A model generated the notes under the pieces. That model worked only from the letters and a program-made list of their open reading frames with translations. It had not been told where the DNA came from and made no database searches. Below, one piece after another: positions 45,478-59,415 of a stretch of 64,000 bases of DNA. The stretch lies in assembly GCF_009914755.1 (NCBI RefSeq), contig NC_060947.1. One strand, given 5' to 3'. The position numbers were made by a program, and so were the translations under genes. Source of the stretch: the human T2T-CHM13v2.0 reference genome, Homo sapiens. Each line of letters begins with the position of its first letter. The first letter of the stretch is position 1.

Positions 45478-45715
45478 ATCATTTGTTAAGTGTCTAGAAG
45501 GTCCCAAGCATTTTTCCTATATTATAGCAAATCCTCACAACAACCTGGTATGGTAGAGATTCCTAGCTTCAATTTATAGACAAAGAAATCAAGGCTCAGA
45601 GAGGCTAAAAAAAATTGGCCTTTAGTCACACAGCTAATAAATATCTCCTAGAATTGGAACCCAGACTGTCTGGCTCCAGACCCCATATATTTTCCACTTT
45701 GCCAAGGTGCCTTCC
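45478..45715 (-). mobile_element. MIR
   Basis: aatcctcacaacaacc...aggctcagagaggctaa. Confidence 0.8.
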
Positions 45716-46107
45716 AGAGTTTGCTCTCTAAAGAGAAGAGCCAGTCCTTTGGTGACTTATTGCTAAGAGGGTCTTAGATGGCACTTGGATTTTTTGCTTT
45801 TCAAACTGAGATATTCACACCAGCAGGTGTATGACAGGCCAGGGTAAGCAAAACCACAGAATAAACTTGATGCATCTTTCACGTGAAATCATCTATGAGG
45901 TCTATTTTATATGAAAATAAACTTTTTAAGATGAAACAAAAGATTGAAAATATATTTCCTGCTTTTGGAAACTGCTTTGGGCTAAACCATCAGATGCCAG
46001 ATGTGGGGAAAATAGAAATCACATTCATCCTTCTCTACCTTGAGAAGGGCTTCTATAGGAAAGTTCGAGAAATAGTGCAATAACATGGGAAACTTCAGTT
46101 GTGTGAG

Positions 46108-46740
46108 TATATCAGTCAGTGCTCAGTTAGGAAAACAGAACTAGTCTAGGTATTTCAGAGGGAATTTGATATAGGAAATTGTTTACAAAAGAATTGGCAA
46201 AGTGCAAGGAGCAAAAAGGGGAAGTTAGGTACCACAGAGAGTAGCCACTGCAAGAAGCTACCCTAGGGACTGGAGGAACCATTACTAGGACTGGAGGAAC
46301 AAAAGGTAAGAGGTGATGTTTTCAGAGCTCAGAAGCATATTCGTCACTGAAATTAACCACTGCTGCAGCTTTTGGAATCTTGTCACTCTTGAAAACACCA
46401 AAGGCCACTGGAGTCTGCAGCTGCCCATCATGTCAAGATCTGCTAATGTCACTGTAGCACCCAGTGGCTGGCAGCCACCAGCAATTGCCCATCACCACAG
46501 CTGCTGGAAAAATAGAAGGCCATCTGCTGAGTCAGAGATGCCACCAGAAGGAGGAGAAAAATGTCTTCTGCCTTCCTTCCACCTTCCTGTCTCCCCTCAT
46601 TCCTTCCCATTGGCAGATCCTAACCCGAGGCCAACAGGCCAGGGAGTCTGGGAAATGTAGTTTGCAGGTTTCTAGTCCCCTCCAACAAACAGATGAGTAA
46701 AGAAGGATAGGAATGGTGCAGTCAGGCAATTGACTCACTG
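46108..46740. mobile_element. Ancient solo LTR (LTR78/79-like)
   Basis: tatatcagtcagtgctcagttaggaaaacagaa...agggagtctgggaaatgtagttt. Confidence 0.6.
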
Positions 46741-47419
46741 TAGCCTATTATGTGTTTAGTAACATATTTCCATAAAGGTTTACCTTATATTCCCCATCCC
46801 CCCAGGAAGTTAAGAAATGTGTATCTCATTTGAGAGAAGTATATACAAGTATTCTATGCTTTCCCAAATCTATTTGGTTCCTGAGTTCAGATAGCGAGAG
46901 TTTGTATAACAAGTTCAGATAGTGAAGAATACTTTTTTTCTTTTTCTAAAGCAACAAGCCTTTATTATGTGCACCAGTGTCAGGCCTCACATATAGAATC
47001 ATGGAAGTGCTGAAGGCATCCAATGGATTCACTTCTTGATCCAGCAAGCAATCATATGATGACCTTACTGAGAATAACTTCCTCAGGGAAGGGTTCAGAG
47101 TAGTTGCACATTATGCTGCATGGTTAATACGTATTCTGCAAAATGTAAAGCTTTTATATGCCAATATTTTCTTTTTGGCAAACGATGTATACTACAGCCT
47201 CCTTTTTTATAGCTTTGCAATGCCTACATACATTGGAGGCTTTGAGCAGTTCTGTAGGTGACAACCCAATTTAATCTCATCTTATTTGATCTTGGAAGTC
47301 TCTTTTTACTGACTGCCTTCAGGGCCCTATGACCTGCTGCCACAGGGAACCACCATCAGGGCTGTCAGCCAACGTGTGAAACATGTCCAATTTTTTCTTT
47401 CAGGAAAGTGTAATGTAAA

Positions 47420-47940
<521 letters not shown>

Positions 47941-48409
47941 AACCCAAGGATTCTAGGCTTCTCTAAGGTCTACTTGAGGTCCCCAACCCTTAGGGCTGGT
48001 CATGATGCCTCTCTGCAGTGTGTCCTCTTGAACAAAATCTCAGTTCTGGAGCCCTTTCTCCTCCTTCCTGCGATTCAATACTTATCTGGGGCTTGTCACA
48101 GTCTTCTGGCTCCAGCTCTCAGGTGAATCCTGGAAGTCATAACTGATAAATTTGGCCTTCTGTGTCCCCCTGTAAACCATCCTAGACTCTGTTTCCAGAG
48201 ATATCATTCTGAAACAGATTTCTGATCTTTTTACTCTCATATTTAAAATAAAACAAAACAAAATTTTCATTAACTCCCCTTCGCTTACCATATCAAATTC
48301 AACCCTTCTTAGGTAGATAGTCCCTTTTCTAATCTTATCTGCCCCTCACCTGTAGCATCAAATTTCCTAGTCATCCAGTACACCCCTTGCTCTCTACTAA
48401 AACACTAAG

Positions 48410-48630
48410 AGAGCTGGGTGCCAATTCTGGCAGAGCTACTTATTAGCTGTGTGACCTTGGACATGTTACTTAAACTTTCTGTGCCTCAGTTTTCCTCCTT
48501 GGTAAACGGGGATAATAATAATACTTATTTTATGGGATTCCTTTTTAGGATTACATGAGGTAATGTGTATTAAGTTGTTAGTACTGTATGTGGCATTATT
48601 AAGTGGGCAAATAATGTCATTTTTTTTTTT
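48410..48630 (+). mobile_element. MIR
   Basis: agctgtgtgaccttggac...ctgtgcctcagtttt. Confidence 0.88.
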
Positions 48631-48754
48631 ACTATTCATACTCTTGTTACTATCAGACCCTCATAATTTCCTTTCTCTTCTCCAGCTCTTTCTTCATCCA
48701 GGGATGACTTTCATCTTAGCTTCATCACTTAAAATCTTACTCATTTGTTTTTAA

Positions 48755-48900
48755 TGTAACTTGGACAAATTATTTTAGCGCTCTCAGCCTTTGTTTCTTC
48801 ATCTATAAAATAGATAAAGTCATATATACCTCATAGGCCTTTTCTATGGGATAAATGAGATTATATGAAAGCTCTATGGCAAATTGCAAAGTATCTTGCA
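48755..48900 (+). mobile_element. MIR fragment, near-copy of the 47.4-kb MIR
   Basis: 40/44 identity block 48853-48896 vs 47893-47936. Confidence 0.8.
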
Positions 48901-49285
48901 AGCTTTCTCTATAAGCATTCTTTGACTATTTTCTGACTACTTATCTTCACTTTGATATCCCCTGAAAATGATATCCTCATAGGATTTTTGTACTTTATTT
49001 TTGGTATTTGTCATATCACAGCCTTGCTATAATTTGCCTTGTTATTTATATACATATATAGATTGAATACTTCTTAAAGTTAAGATTGATGTCTACAGCT
49101 GATGCAGTACAAGGCAGCAAAGTAAGTTTGCTTAATTGAATTGAAACCCAAATTTATAATACAGCTTTAGTTGCTTTGGTCGATAACATGGGTTTGCAAA
49201 TTTTATTTGCACATTTCTTTACCCCAGGAAAGGGATCTCCAAAGGTGGGATTTCAGCCTTCACTGAATAGGCTATTAGTATAGAA

Positions 49286-49472
49286 CAGTGCTATTCCAAG
49301 GGTGGTTTCCAGACCAGCAGCAGTAGCATCAGCAACTGGGTGCCTGTTAGAGCTGCAGAACCTTGGGGTCCACACCAGTCCTACTGAATCATATTCTCCG
49401 GGGCTGGGTAGGAATCTGTGTTTTAACAACCTGCTAAATTCTTATGCATGCTAAAGTATCAGAAGCATTGGC
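49286..49472. mobile_element. MER5A
   Basis: cagaccagcagcagtagcatc...cctactgaatca...aatctgtgttttaaca. Confidence 0.85.
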
Positions 49473-51302
49473 ATAGACAGTATGCATGAAGAAAATTTTA
49501 ATTTTCTTCATTTGGCATTTTATAGAGGAGTGCCTATTTGTAACAGTCGTCTGTTTGATCAAAGGCAATTTATTTTAGCAAAATGTACCATGTTTTCAAA
49601 TAAGCAAAATTTCTTAGAATTTAACAGAATTTCCTCTAGTTCCTCAACGTATGAGTAGTAATTTTTATTGGTTTATCATATCTATGGCAAATTTTAATTT
49701 CAAAAAGACAGAGAAAAAAGACTAAGAGGTAAAAGGGCACCGACTGGTACTTATTAATCAAGTCTATAAAATTGTGACTTGTTTTTGCAAGAATGTGAGA
49801 CTGTTGATCGTATCCTTCTTAGAAGGGCTATCCCAGACTGTTAAATGGAAAAAAATAAAAACATCTTAAGTGCTCTCTTTTTACACTTTGAAGGCCTTAT
49901 CCTTCCATACTGAAAAATGGGGATTCTATATTGCAAAGAGTAATGGGTCATGGCTGGAACCTGTTATAAATGTCGTCTTCCTGGCTGTGGGAATAAACAC
50001 TTCAGAGCTTAGATAGTAATTATTGTCACATGAAAAGCAGGGAGGCATATTATAACTTCTCAACTGTCAGAAAGCCCTCTTCTTGCAAATGGCAGCACTT
50101 CACAGGGACTTTTACACTGTACCGTTTATAATTTTCATGGCTGACCTGTTATTTTAAAATACCAACAGGAAGATTAAGAATGTTGACAGGAAAGCAGTAC
50201 CAACCAATGCCCTTTGGTCCTCCTAAACTTGAACCAGAAAGCTCCCTTGCCTTTTAAGGAAGATTATAATCTGCTAAAATAGAAAAAGGAATGACAAAAG
50301 GATTATGTCCTATAATAAGTTTAGGACAATCCAGAATTTTCCTTAAGTAATTGCAGACTGCAGTGTGATTGTTTACATGTGTTTGTTCTGACTGGGCAAT
50401 TTGGGCATAGATTGTTTCTAGTACAAGAGTAGGACAAAGGATGGAAGAGATTTTTGCCTGAAAGTTTGATCCGTTCCTGAACTCTGGACTGTTTCAGGAC
50501 CTCATCCTTTGGTAGATTGCCAATGAAATAAATCATACAAGACTTTTGTGAAACATGTATTACCTCAGGACATTGGGACTTCTAAGCAGATAGAACTAAA
50601 TGGGATTAAGTAAATTAATACTTGTAAAGCACATTGCATAATGCCTGGCACAGGGCAACTGCTATATAAATGTTTGCTAAATGGGACATTCTACTCTGAA
50701 CAAAGAGAAGTTCTATCTGTATTTCTAGGAATATTTTGGATTAGAAAATGAATGCATCTTGAAAGAAGGGTATCCTAGGGTTCAGGCTGTAGAACCCCAC
50801 AATGCAGTTGGCACCAATTATCTTTTTAGCTGGTGACTGCCATATATGCCAAATTTCTACTTAGGATTCCTTGTGGCAATGCAGAGTTGCAGAAAGCACA
50901 TTGCATTTGGGGTCTCATTCTAGACATAGCATGGCCACCTATTAGGTAAGAACCCTGGGCAAGTCCCTTCACTGCTCCCTGATCCTCATTTTCCTTAGAT
51001 GTAGAGGCTCACATTAAATACGTCTAAGAACTTTATAACTTGAAAGCATTATTCACATGGATGGTTTTATCCTCAGATATTTACTTGTGGTATAACCGTG
51101 GAGTTGGGGCAGCTTACATATTTGGTGAGTCACCAGGGATGAATAGCTGAGTTGACATATTTTCCAGAGGAATGGCGGGATGCTACAGCAGGAATGTCAG
51201 GAAACTCCTTTTGAATGAAATGGCATGGTGGGGGAAGGAAGAGAATCCCTCAGTTGCTGCCACAAAAACTGTCAGAAATTAATGGAAAACATTTATTGTA
51301 AT

Positions 51303-51600
51303 TGTCACAGCTTCTTGCCTATCTAGCATGCATTCTGCCTTATTTTCTAACAGAACTGTGCATTTTTTTTTTCAGCCATGTGTCCTGGGGGAAGCTAATC
51401 TCATCCACCTCTTCAGGGATGCCTGATTGACTTAAGTTTATTCCTATTGTCCTTAAATGGACACGTGATCAACTCTGGCCAATGAGACTGAAGAAAGCTG
51501 CTGAGGGGACTTCTGGGAAAAGTTTCTTCACCCCCAAGAGGGAGCCACAAAAAGAAATAGTCTCTCTTTTACTTGTGAGCTAAAACCAGCCATCCCAACT
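51303..51600 (+). mobile_element. MLT1K/L-like LTR fragment
   Basis: ctggccaatgagact...ttctgggaaaagtttc. Confidence 0.55.
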
Positions 51601-52646
51601 GACATGGGACTTCCCATAGATTATCTTATCAATCATCACAGCAGTCTTTGGGATAGGTGGTGTTGTCCCCACTACATGGAATGAGGAAACCAAGAGGTTA
51701 AGTTGCTCAGGGTCACCCAACATCTAGGTGGAAGATTTAGAACCCAAATTGATGTCTGTTCAACTTCAAAGGCTGTGCTCAAGTTGTTGTTGTGGTCTAA
51801 ACTTTGCCTCAGATGAAAACTTGTCAAGAGGCAGTATATTTACTGTGCTGTGGCCATGAAGCTAGCAGAAACTGGGAGCTGGATGGTCTAAGGGTTTTTC
51901 TTTCTTTCTTCCTTTTTTTTTTTTTTTTTTTTGATGTTGGCTTTGCTGTCCAGCATTTGACCTTTCTGGACCTCCATTTCATCATGTGTAAGACAGTTGG
52001 ACCAGATGTTTATTGAGGTTCTTTTTGGCTTTGAGATCTTTCGAAATGATGCTTGGTAAACAACAGGGAGGGATAAGAGAAAATGAAAAAACATACATTT
52101 GGTATCTTGAGAAAGGGCACCAGGCAGGATTTCCCCTTTCAGCCTGAGGTTCAGGGTTACAATGCATCAGTGATGTTGCTGAAGAACAGCAGAAAGTTCC
52201 GCATGGCATTCAATGGAACAAACCAAACCAGCTAAGATCCTTGCTACAATAAGAGGAACAGAGCTAAAAAGAGGCCAGATAAGGGATATTTTCTGTAGGA
52301 TCCTCCTCATCAATCCAGCCAGCTTGATGGCTGAGTTCCTGAAGAGGGAGTTAGGCTCTGAGGAGCATTTGTGCTTTCACTTCCTTCCATTCCCAGAGTG
52401 CTTAAAACAGGGTGGGGCAGGGGTATATGAGGCATTTTTCAATACTTGACTTCTGTTTGCTTCCTATTGCTGGAAAAGTTTCTGTGATGTTATCACCAGA
52501 GATAGCAATAGTGCTTAGAGATTCTTCAGCCCTGAATCATGAAGGAAGGGCCCCTTGCAGGAGACACTGCAGCTCTCATTTGGGGCCAAGAAAGGAGTGG
52601 AGACTCTTCTAGATAGCATGAGTCCATTAAGCCCCTTTCTGATCGA

Positions 52647-53032
52647 TGTTAGTTTTCTAGGGCTGCCATCGCAAAGTATCACAAACTGGGTGGCTGAAAA
52701 CCACAGTTTATTGTCTCACAATTTTGAAGGCTACAAGTTAAAAATCAAGGTGTCAGCAAGGTCATGCTCCCTCTGAAACCTGTAGGGGAGAATCCTCCTT
52801 GGCTGCCTCCTAGCTTCTGGTGGTTGCTGGCAAACCTTGGCGTTCCTTGGCTTGTAGGTACATCACTCCAGTCTCCGCCTCCATCATCACATGGCCGTCT
52901 TCTCCCTGTGTATCTCTTCTCTTCTTATAAGGATACTAGTCATATTGAACTAAGTGTGCACATAAGGTTATATTCTGAGGAATTTGGGGCTAGGAATTCA
53001 ATATATATTTTAGGGGGACATAATTCAACCAT
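52647..53032 (-). mobile_element. MLT1-family LTR (A/B/C-like)
   Basis: ctagggctgccat...aatcaaggtgtcagcaagg...ggggacataattcaacc. Confidence 0.88.
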
Positions 53033-53231
53033 GCACCCTTCTAGGTAAACTTCTACCCATACCTAATTGAGTTCTTGCTATATGAGGCAGTGAGTTTGTC
53101 TATTTGGGGTTGCTTTTCAAAGCCAGTCTTTATGTTTGTTGAAAAATGATTCTATCTTCAAGAAATTGTATGGGATGAAGGAGGAGCTGGATGTTCCTGG
53201 AGCAGCAGCCAAAGGATGTGGTCCCCCAGAT

Positions 53232-53388
53232 CAGAGCTTCTCAAATGTAGTAGGCACACAAATCCCTGAAGATCTTGTTAGAAAGCAGATTCTGATGCAG
53301 TAGGTCTAAGGTGAGACCTGAGATTCTGTCTTTCTGATGAGCTCCCAGGTGATGCTGATGCTGCTGGTTCCTGGAGTAGCAAGGGTCT
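53232..53388. mobile_element. MER5A
   Basis: gcagattctgatgcagtaggtct...gctcccaggtgatgctgatgctgctgg. Confidence 0.88.
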
Positions 53389-54379
53389 AGATCTAGAATA
53401 GATGGTGGTCACATCTGTTTATGCAGAACAACTAAAATGTATCATTCTTGGGAAGTTTCAAAACTTCAGCTGTATACTAGCCAGAAAAATTCCCAGTAAA
53501 CTAAGTCAAAATATCCCAAAATGGGAAAGAGCAATTCAATTATTTTTTTTCATGTGAGAATGAAGTCAGAAACATCTGTGTACATTCATCTGGATGGATA
53601 CAGTGATTTCTAACTTCTGGACCACGCTGAATATTTGAGACGTGCATGTCAGAAAGATTGTTAGGAAGAGACCGACTTCAAGATTTAGGGCAACCAAGCA
53701 ACTTTTACCTCGGTGTGCTAGGAAAACATCATTTGGAGAAGCTTCAGGCCAGTGTTGACAGGGACTGACTACCTCCTTCTTTGAGAAGTCAAACAGCCAG
53801 ATTTCTTTGGGTTCAAATCCTGTTGGGGTCTCAGTCTCAGGGCCCACCCAGATGATCTCTGAAGACTGCAGCTGTGGCTTTGCTCCCACCCACACCCATA
53901 ACCCTCCTTGCTTGCCACTTCCCTTAGCCCCTCAATGATTCCCAGATGCTCCCCATCCATGCTAGTCAGAGGCTGGACCAGCATGTAGAAGGACCAGGTG
54001 GCGGAGCCAGGGTGTATCCCTTGGAGGGTCCAGCCTCTGGATGAACTTCTGCAGAGCAGGTTCCAGAGAAGAGAAATCCTTTTGTGATGTCAGAGGCTGG
54101 CAATTTGGTTTTCCAAGTTCAAGAATGACCTGATTATTTCCAGCTCGAAAACACCCATGCACTATTGGATATCTTACAATACTTAGTTGGAAGTTTCTAG
54201 GAAGATAGTTGTCTGAGTGTTTGGCACGTTGCATCTTTTGGGTCAGAATGTTAGTTTGTTTCCATGGTCAGTACTGTGACTATAGGATTTGTAATGAAAT
54301 CCAACTGTGTCAGACTACAAATCCCTGTAATGTCTTCTCATAGTTGAAAGAATGGGGAGAAAGAGAACAGCACAGAGAG

Positions 54380-54872
54380 TTTTGGTTACCTATTGCTGTG
54401 GAACAAACTACCCTAAAACTTAGTGGTTTAAAGCAACTACTATTTTAGCTGCTCATGATTTTGTAGGTCAAGTATCTGGAGAGGCACGGTGAGGGTGGCT
54501 TGCCTCTGCTTCACAATGTCTGGGTCCTTGGCTTCGGTGGCTTGAATGGTTGGGAATTGGTTGAGATGGCTCACTTGGGGTCATATGCTCGGGTCTCAGT
54601 TCTTTGCCATGTGACTTCTTTATGTGGCTAGCTGGGCCTTACCATGGTGGTCTCAGGATATTTAGGCTTCTTATAATCAGACAGTGGAAGCTTCCAGGTT
54701 TCTCTGAGGCTTGGCGCTCAAAGGCTTGGCTCAGAGCAAGCACATTGTCATTTCTGTCATATTCTATGGGTCAAAGCAAGTCACAGGGCATGCCCAGATT
54801 CAAGGGGAGGGAAAATAGACTCCAGCTTTTGATGGGAGGAGTGGCAAAGAATTGGTGGACACTTTTAAGCTA
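54380..54872 (-). mobile_element. MLT1-family LTR
   Basis: ctattgctgtggaacaaactaccctaaaacttagtgg...cagattcaaggggagggaaaatagactcca. Confidence 0.8.
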
Positions 54873-55139
54873 CACAGAGACAGAAGTGGAAAGAAACATT
54901 TTTGTTCATGTTCTATCCAGGTTCTGATCAGATTAGTTCAGCTCAAGCAGTCAACAGAGTCCCCTGTGATTCCCGGCCTCAGATTTCTAGTGGCCAATTT
55001 TTAACTTTAGGGTAGAGTCAGCAAGTGGCCTTTGAACCTTCAGCTACACACACTCACTTGGTCTTTTCATTTTTATTTTTCAAAACTTCCCTTTTGCTTT
55101 TCTGCCTTCCAATAGCAAGTCCTTTCTAGATGAAGGCTT

Positions 55140-56065
55140 TGTTCAAAAAAATTCTTTTATTATGTATTTTTGTTGTTTTATAAAAATCATCTAAGCAATA
55201 CATAAATACCTTTTCATTTGCAAAATTATGATGATGTGGCAGTACACATAGTAAAATGTAAAAGTGCCTCTTCACTTTGTCTGTCCATCTACTCACCTTC
55301 CCAGAAGCAACAACTGCAGTTTCTTGTCTCCCTTTATACCTTTCTCTATACATATATATTCAAGTACATGTACATATGCTCATACACAGCCTTTTTTCTT
55401 AAATAAGATCTACACTGAATTATTCTGCAAGTTACTTTTTCCATGTACTACTATGTCATGGTGATTGTTCTGTATTAATATAGCCATGCACTTCTTTCTT
55501 TTAAATGGCTTCATATTATTCTATTGAATTGATATGGTATAATTTATGTAATGACTCCCCTGAGAATGGACCTTTAATTGTAATTTTTTTAAAAAAATGG
55601 CAATCGAAGTATTTTTGCATCTCTATGTTTTTGTACATGTGCATATATTTCTATACTTCTATGCGATAGATGCCTGGAGGTGTAATAGCTGGGTCAGATA
55701 GCATGGGCATTTTCACTTTCAATAGATACAGACAATTGATCCTCAAAATCTGGAATACCAAATAATACTCCTCCAATCCATTCTCTCAACAGTGAGAAAT
55801 GTCACCCTTGACAACAGTGAGTATTACTAATATTTTCAATTCTTCCAGGTTGATTGATGAGTAAATATATCTCACCATTGCACTTCTTTCCTGTAATTAT
55901 TGGTTATTTATATTTTTACTCTGAAATATCCTCTGTCATTTGCGAAGTTAAATAGTATGCTCTTTTTATTTTTGCTAAATATTTATGGGAGCTTTTTATG
56001 TATGAATCCTTTGTTAATTCCTAAAATGAAATTCCCAGGTGTGAAATTGCTGGGCTAAGGGAAGG
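55140..56065 (-). mobile_element. Ancient L1ME-type fragment
   Basis: ttttaaatggcttcatattattctattg..., aaattgctgggctaaggg. Confidence 0.6.
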
Positions 56066-57453
56066 CTTTTGACATTTCCTAGTTGAGTTTTAGGGAACCT
56101 TCTCAAGTCTTCCTTCAGATTACACTCTTGAAAGGGGGTAATCCCATCTCATTGAAGAGTTGAGTCTCATTTCTTGACAGTATACAAGCTTTCTGTATCA
56201 AAGAAATAAAGCTGTGAACTGTACACTACTATATTCTAAGGCTGTTGAGGGCCAACTGTGATTAGCTACTTTGCAAATAATTGGCAAACTTCTTGAATGT
56301 AGCTGAGCTGATGGGGGCTCATTAGTCACTACCAGAGCCAAGGAAGATCTTTCATTCAACGGTAGTATAATTTTTCTTGTTCCTGAAGATTTATGAGGAG
56401 AATCTAGACTCTGGTTAGTTGCTGAGCTATTTTTTTTGAATACCTACTATGATCTAGGCACTGTTGTAGGCCCTGTTGCTTATTCTTATGATCTAGAATC
56501 TCCAAGGAAGAGGTCAATTTCTGAATATGGCAGTACAGTTTGAAAAGGCCATTTGCAGTTCCAGATTTTTCTTTTTCTTTTTTGGTGATTTGAATTTTAT
56601 GTTTTGTGAGGCTGAGTTACAGAACTGTATCATTTAGCCACTAAATTTAGCTGACCACTTAGCCTCTGAACCTCAACATGGTTCCTGTGTTCTCTATTCA
56701 CGTCAGGTACAAAGCAGTTAAAAATGTTTCTTTGTTAGACACAGCCATAAGTGAAAGAGAAAACACTGGTAGAAGTTGAAAAGGCAGATAACTTGTGGTG
56801 TGTGGACATGCACAGGAAATAAGCTACTCTTAAAGGAAATATGATTTAGGAGATAGCCAGGAGCTTGCACAAACATTTGTTATTTGAGAGTTTAGAAATT
56901 TGCAAAGGTTGCAGGCTATACCTTAGCAGTCTTCTGCACATAATACAGTTTAAACACATTTCATTAAAAAGTGGTGCTACAGAAACAATTGTGGTTAATT
57001 TGTGTTTCAGTTATTTGAAGACTTTAAAATCCAGAACACTAAATTGTGTGCCATGAGTGACTGAAGAGTTGTAACTCTGGGAGGTGATTTTCATTGTTGT
57101 TTGTTCGTTGGATAGACTAGTGACCAGTTGAAACCTTTGAAGCAAATGTGGGTACTTTGCACATGCATAGCATGGGTGTGTTGGCTGTCGGTGCTCTCAT
57201 TAATTAGAGGATCACAGCTAATCGTAGTGTGATGCAGGCACATTGGATTTAAAGTATGAAGATTTTATTTGAGTCCTAGCTCTCTTCCTAATTGACTCTG
57301 TCAGCTTTGGGAAGTCACCTAATCTCAGTGCTCCATTTTCTTGTCTGCACAACTAAATATGCTGGTCACAGAATTTTGTAAAAACAACCTTTAGATGGGA
57401 CCCCAACAACCTTTGGAAGGGAAGGTAGTTCACAAACATAAAAAGGCTCTTTC

Positions 57454-57793
<340 letters not shown>

Positions 57794-57819
57794 TCATAAT
57801 AAAAAGAGGGGAATTGTAT

Positions 57820-57960
57820 GCATGCATGCATTTATTCATCCATTTTTCCATTAACAGTTTCTGATTACCTGCCATGAGCCAGGCATTGTGCTAAGTGCTG
57901 GAATAACAAAATAAACAAGACCTGGTTTCTGCCTAGTAGGAGTTTACAGGCCAGTGGAGA
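57820..57960 (-). mobile_element. L2 3' end
   Basis: atttattcatcc...gccaggcattgtgctaagtgctgg. Confidence 0.75.
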
Positions 57961-57989
57961 TGGTTGTCAAGATAATGTCTAGTCCAGTC

Positions 57990-59043
57990 AGTGCTGTGCT
58001 GGAGCTGGCTCATTCAGGCTTACAAGAGCTGACTGTTAAATTTTTAGAAATTCTGTCAGTGGGTTGTTAAACATGGCCATTACTAAAAATTAAGTTATAC
58101 GGTAGTTGACTCCTATTATTTGTGGATTCCATATTTGTGAATTCACTTACTCACTAAAATTTATTCGTAACCCCCAAATCAATACTTGTGGTCATCTGTG
58201 GACATGTGCGTGTGCAGAGTTGCGAAAAATTTGAGTTGCCCGACGTGCACGTTCCCAGCTGAGGTTGAACAAGGGCTTCTTGTTTCAGCTTTCATACTAT
58301 AAACAAGCGTCCTTTTCGTGGTATATTTAGTGCCAGGTTTTTCACATTTTTCTGCTTTTTGAGGGTGATTTCACTGTTTAAAATGGCCTCCAATTACAGT
58401 GCTGAAGTGCTGTCTAATGTTCCCAAGCACAAGAAGGCTGTGATGTGCTTTATGGGGAAAACATACGTGTTAGAGGAGCTTCATTCAGGCATAAGCTGCA
58501 GTGCTGTGGGCCATGATTTTGGTGTTAATGAATCGGCAATAAGACATCTTAAATAGAAACACATATAAAATATAGTTGGTTGACGAAAATGCTTTGACCA
58601 GAGGTTCACAGGAACCCAACTCTGTATGTCTTCTAGAAATGTTGATTTGATATTTGCTGATTTAGTGTTTGCAGCAACTTTGTAGAACAAAAGTACCATG
58701 AATAATGAGAATTGACTGTATAAACTTACAATAAAATAAATTATATTATACGAAAGGTAATAAATACTAAAAACTCTTCACTTCCTAATTATTTTGCTAC
58801 ATACTACTATTATCCATGATCTTGAGATTATTTCTATTTTATCTGTAGGGTAGAAATACTATATAATGGGGGGTGCTACTGTGCATTTCTTCCCAAACCC
58901 CCATGTTCAGTGACATCAAATCAGTAGTTTGACATTGGCCAAGGTGGGAGTATTTTACATCATGGAAATGGGTAATGGCTACAAATCAAGGCTTTTTCTC
59001 CCAGCTCCCACCCAGTTGTTAAACATTTACCAGTACACAACTG
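57990..59043. mobile_element. MER63-like hAT element interrupted by MER82
   Basis: cagtgctgtgctggagctggctc ... ccagttgttaaacatttaccagtacacaactg. Confidence 0.8.
58100..58720. mobile_element. MER82-like Tigger element
   Basis: ttatttgtggattccatatttgtgaattcac...gaataatgagaattgactg-ta. Confidence 0.8.
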
Positions 59044-59094
59044 CCTTCAGTTTTTTTTTTTTTTTTTTTCAGACAACTGTCCTTTGGCTCTTGG

Positions 59095-59415
59095 AGCCAA
59101 CTTTCACGCACTAGGAGAAAACCTAAAGTTATAGGGAGTTTATCTCCTTGTACGTCCACCTCAGGTCCATTAGCCAATGACTGACTGGTGTTCTCATGCC
59201 TCAGGGTGGGATTCACACTTCAGAGCATTCCTTGGGATCCAGATGAGTTGTGAGCCCCAAATGCTTGAGATCATACCCTTGTTTGGCTTCCTCCTCTTCC
59301 CTGCCTTGCTGTTTTCTTATTCTTACTGGTTTCTCCTGGGAGCTCTTCCTTGATAAATCACTTGCACGCAAATCCAAGTCTAGGGTCTGCTCTTGAAGCA
59401 CCCCATCTAAGACAG
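59095..59415. mobile_element. LTR16-like ERVL solo LTR
   Basis: ttctcctgggagctcttccttgataaatcacttgcac...gggtctgct...ctaagaca. Confidence 0.75.

Noticed and set aside
53989-54007. gaccaggtggcgg as a CTCF site
   Set aside because: It lacks the conserved 5' CC of the core motif.
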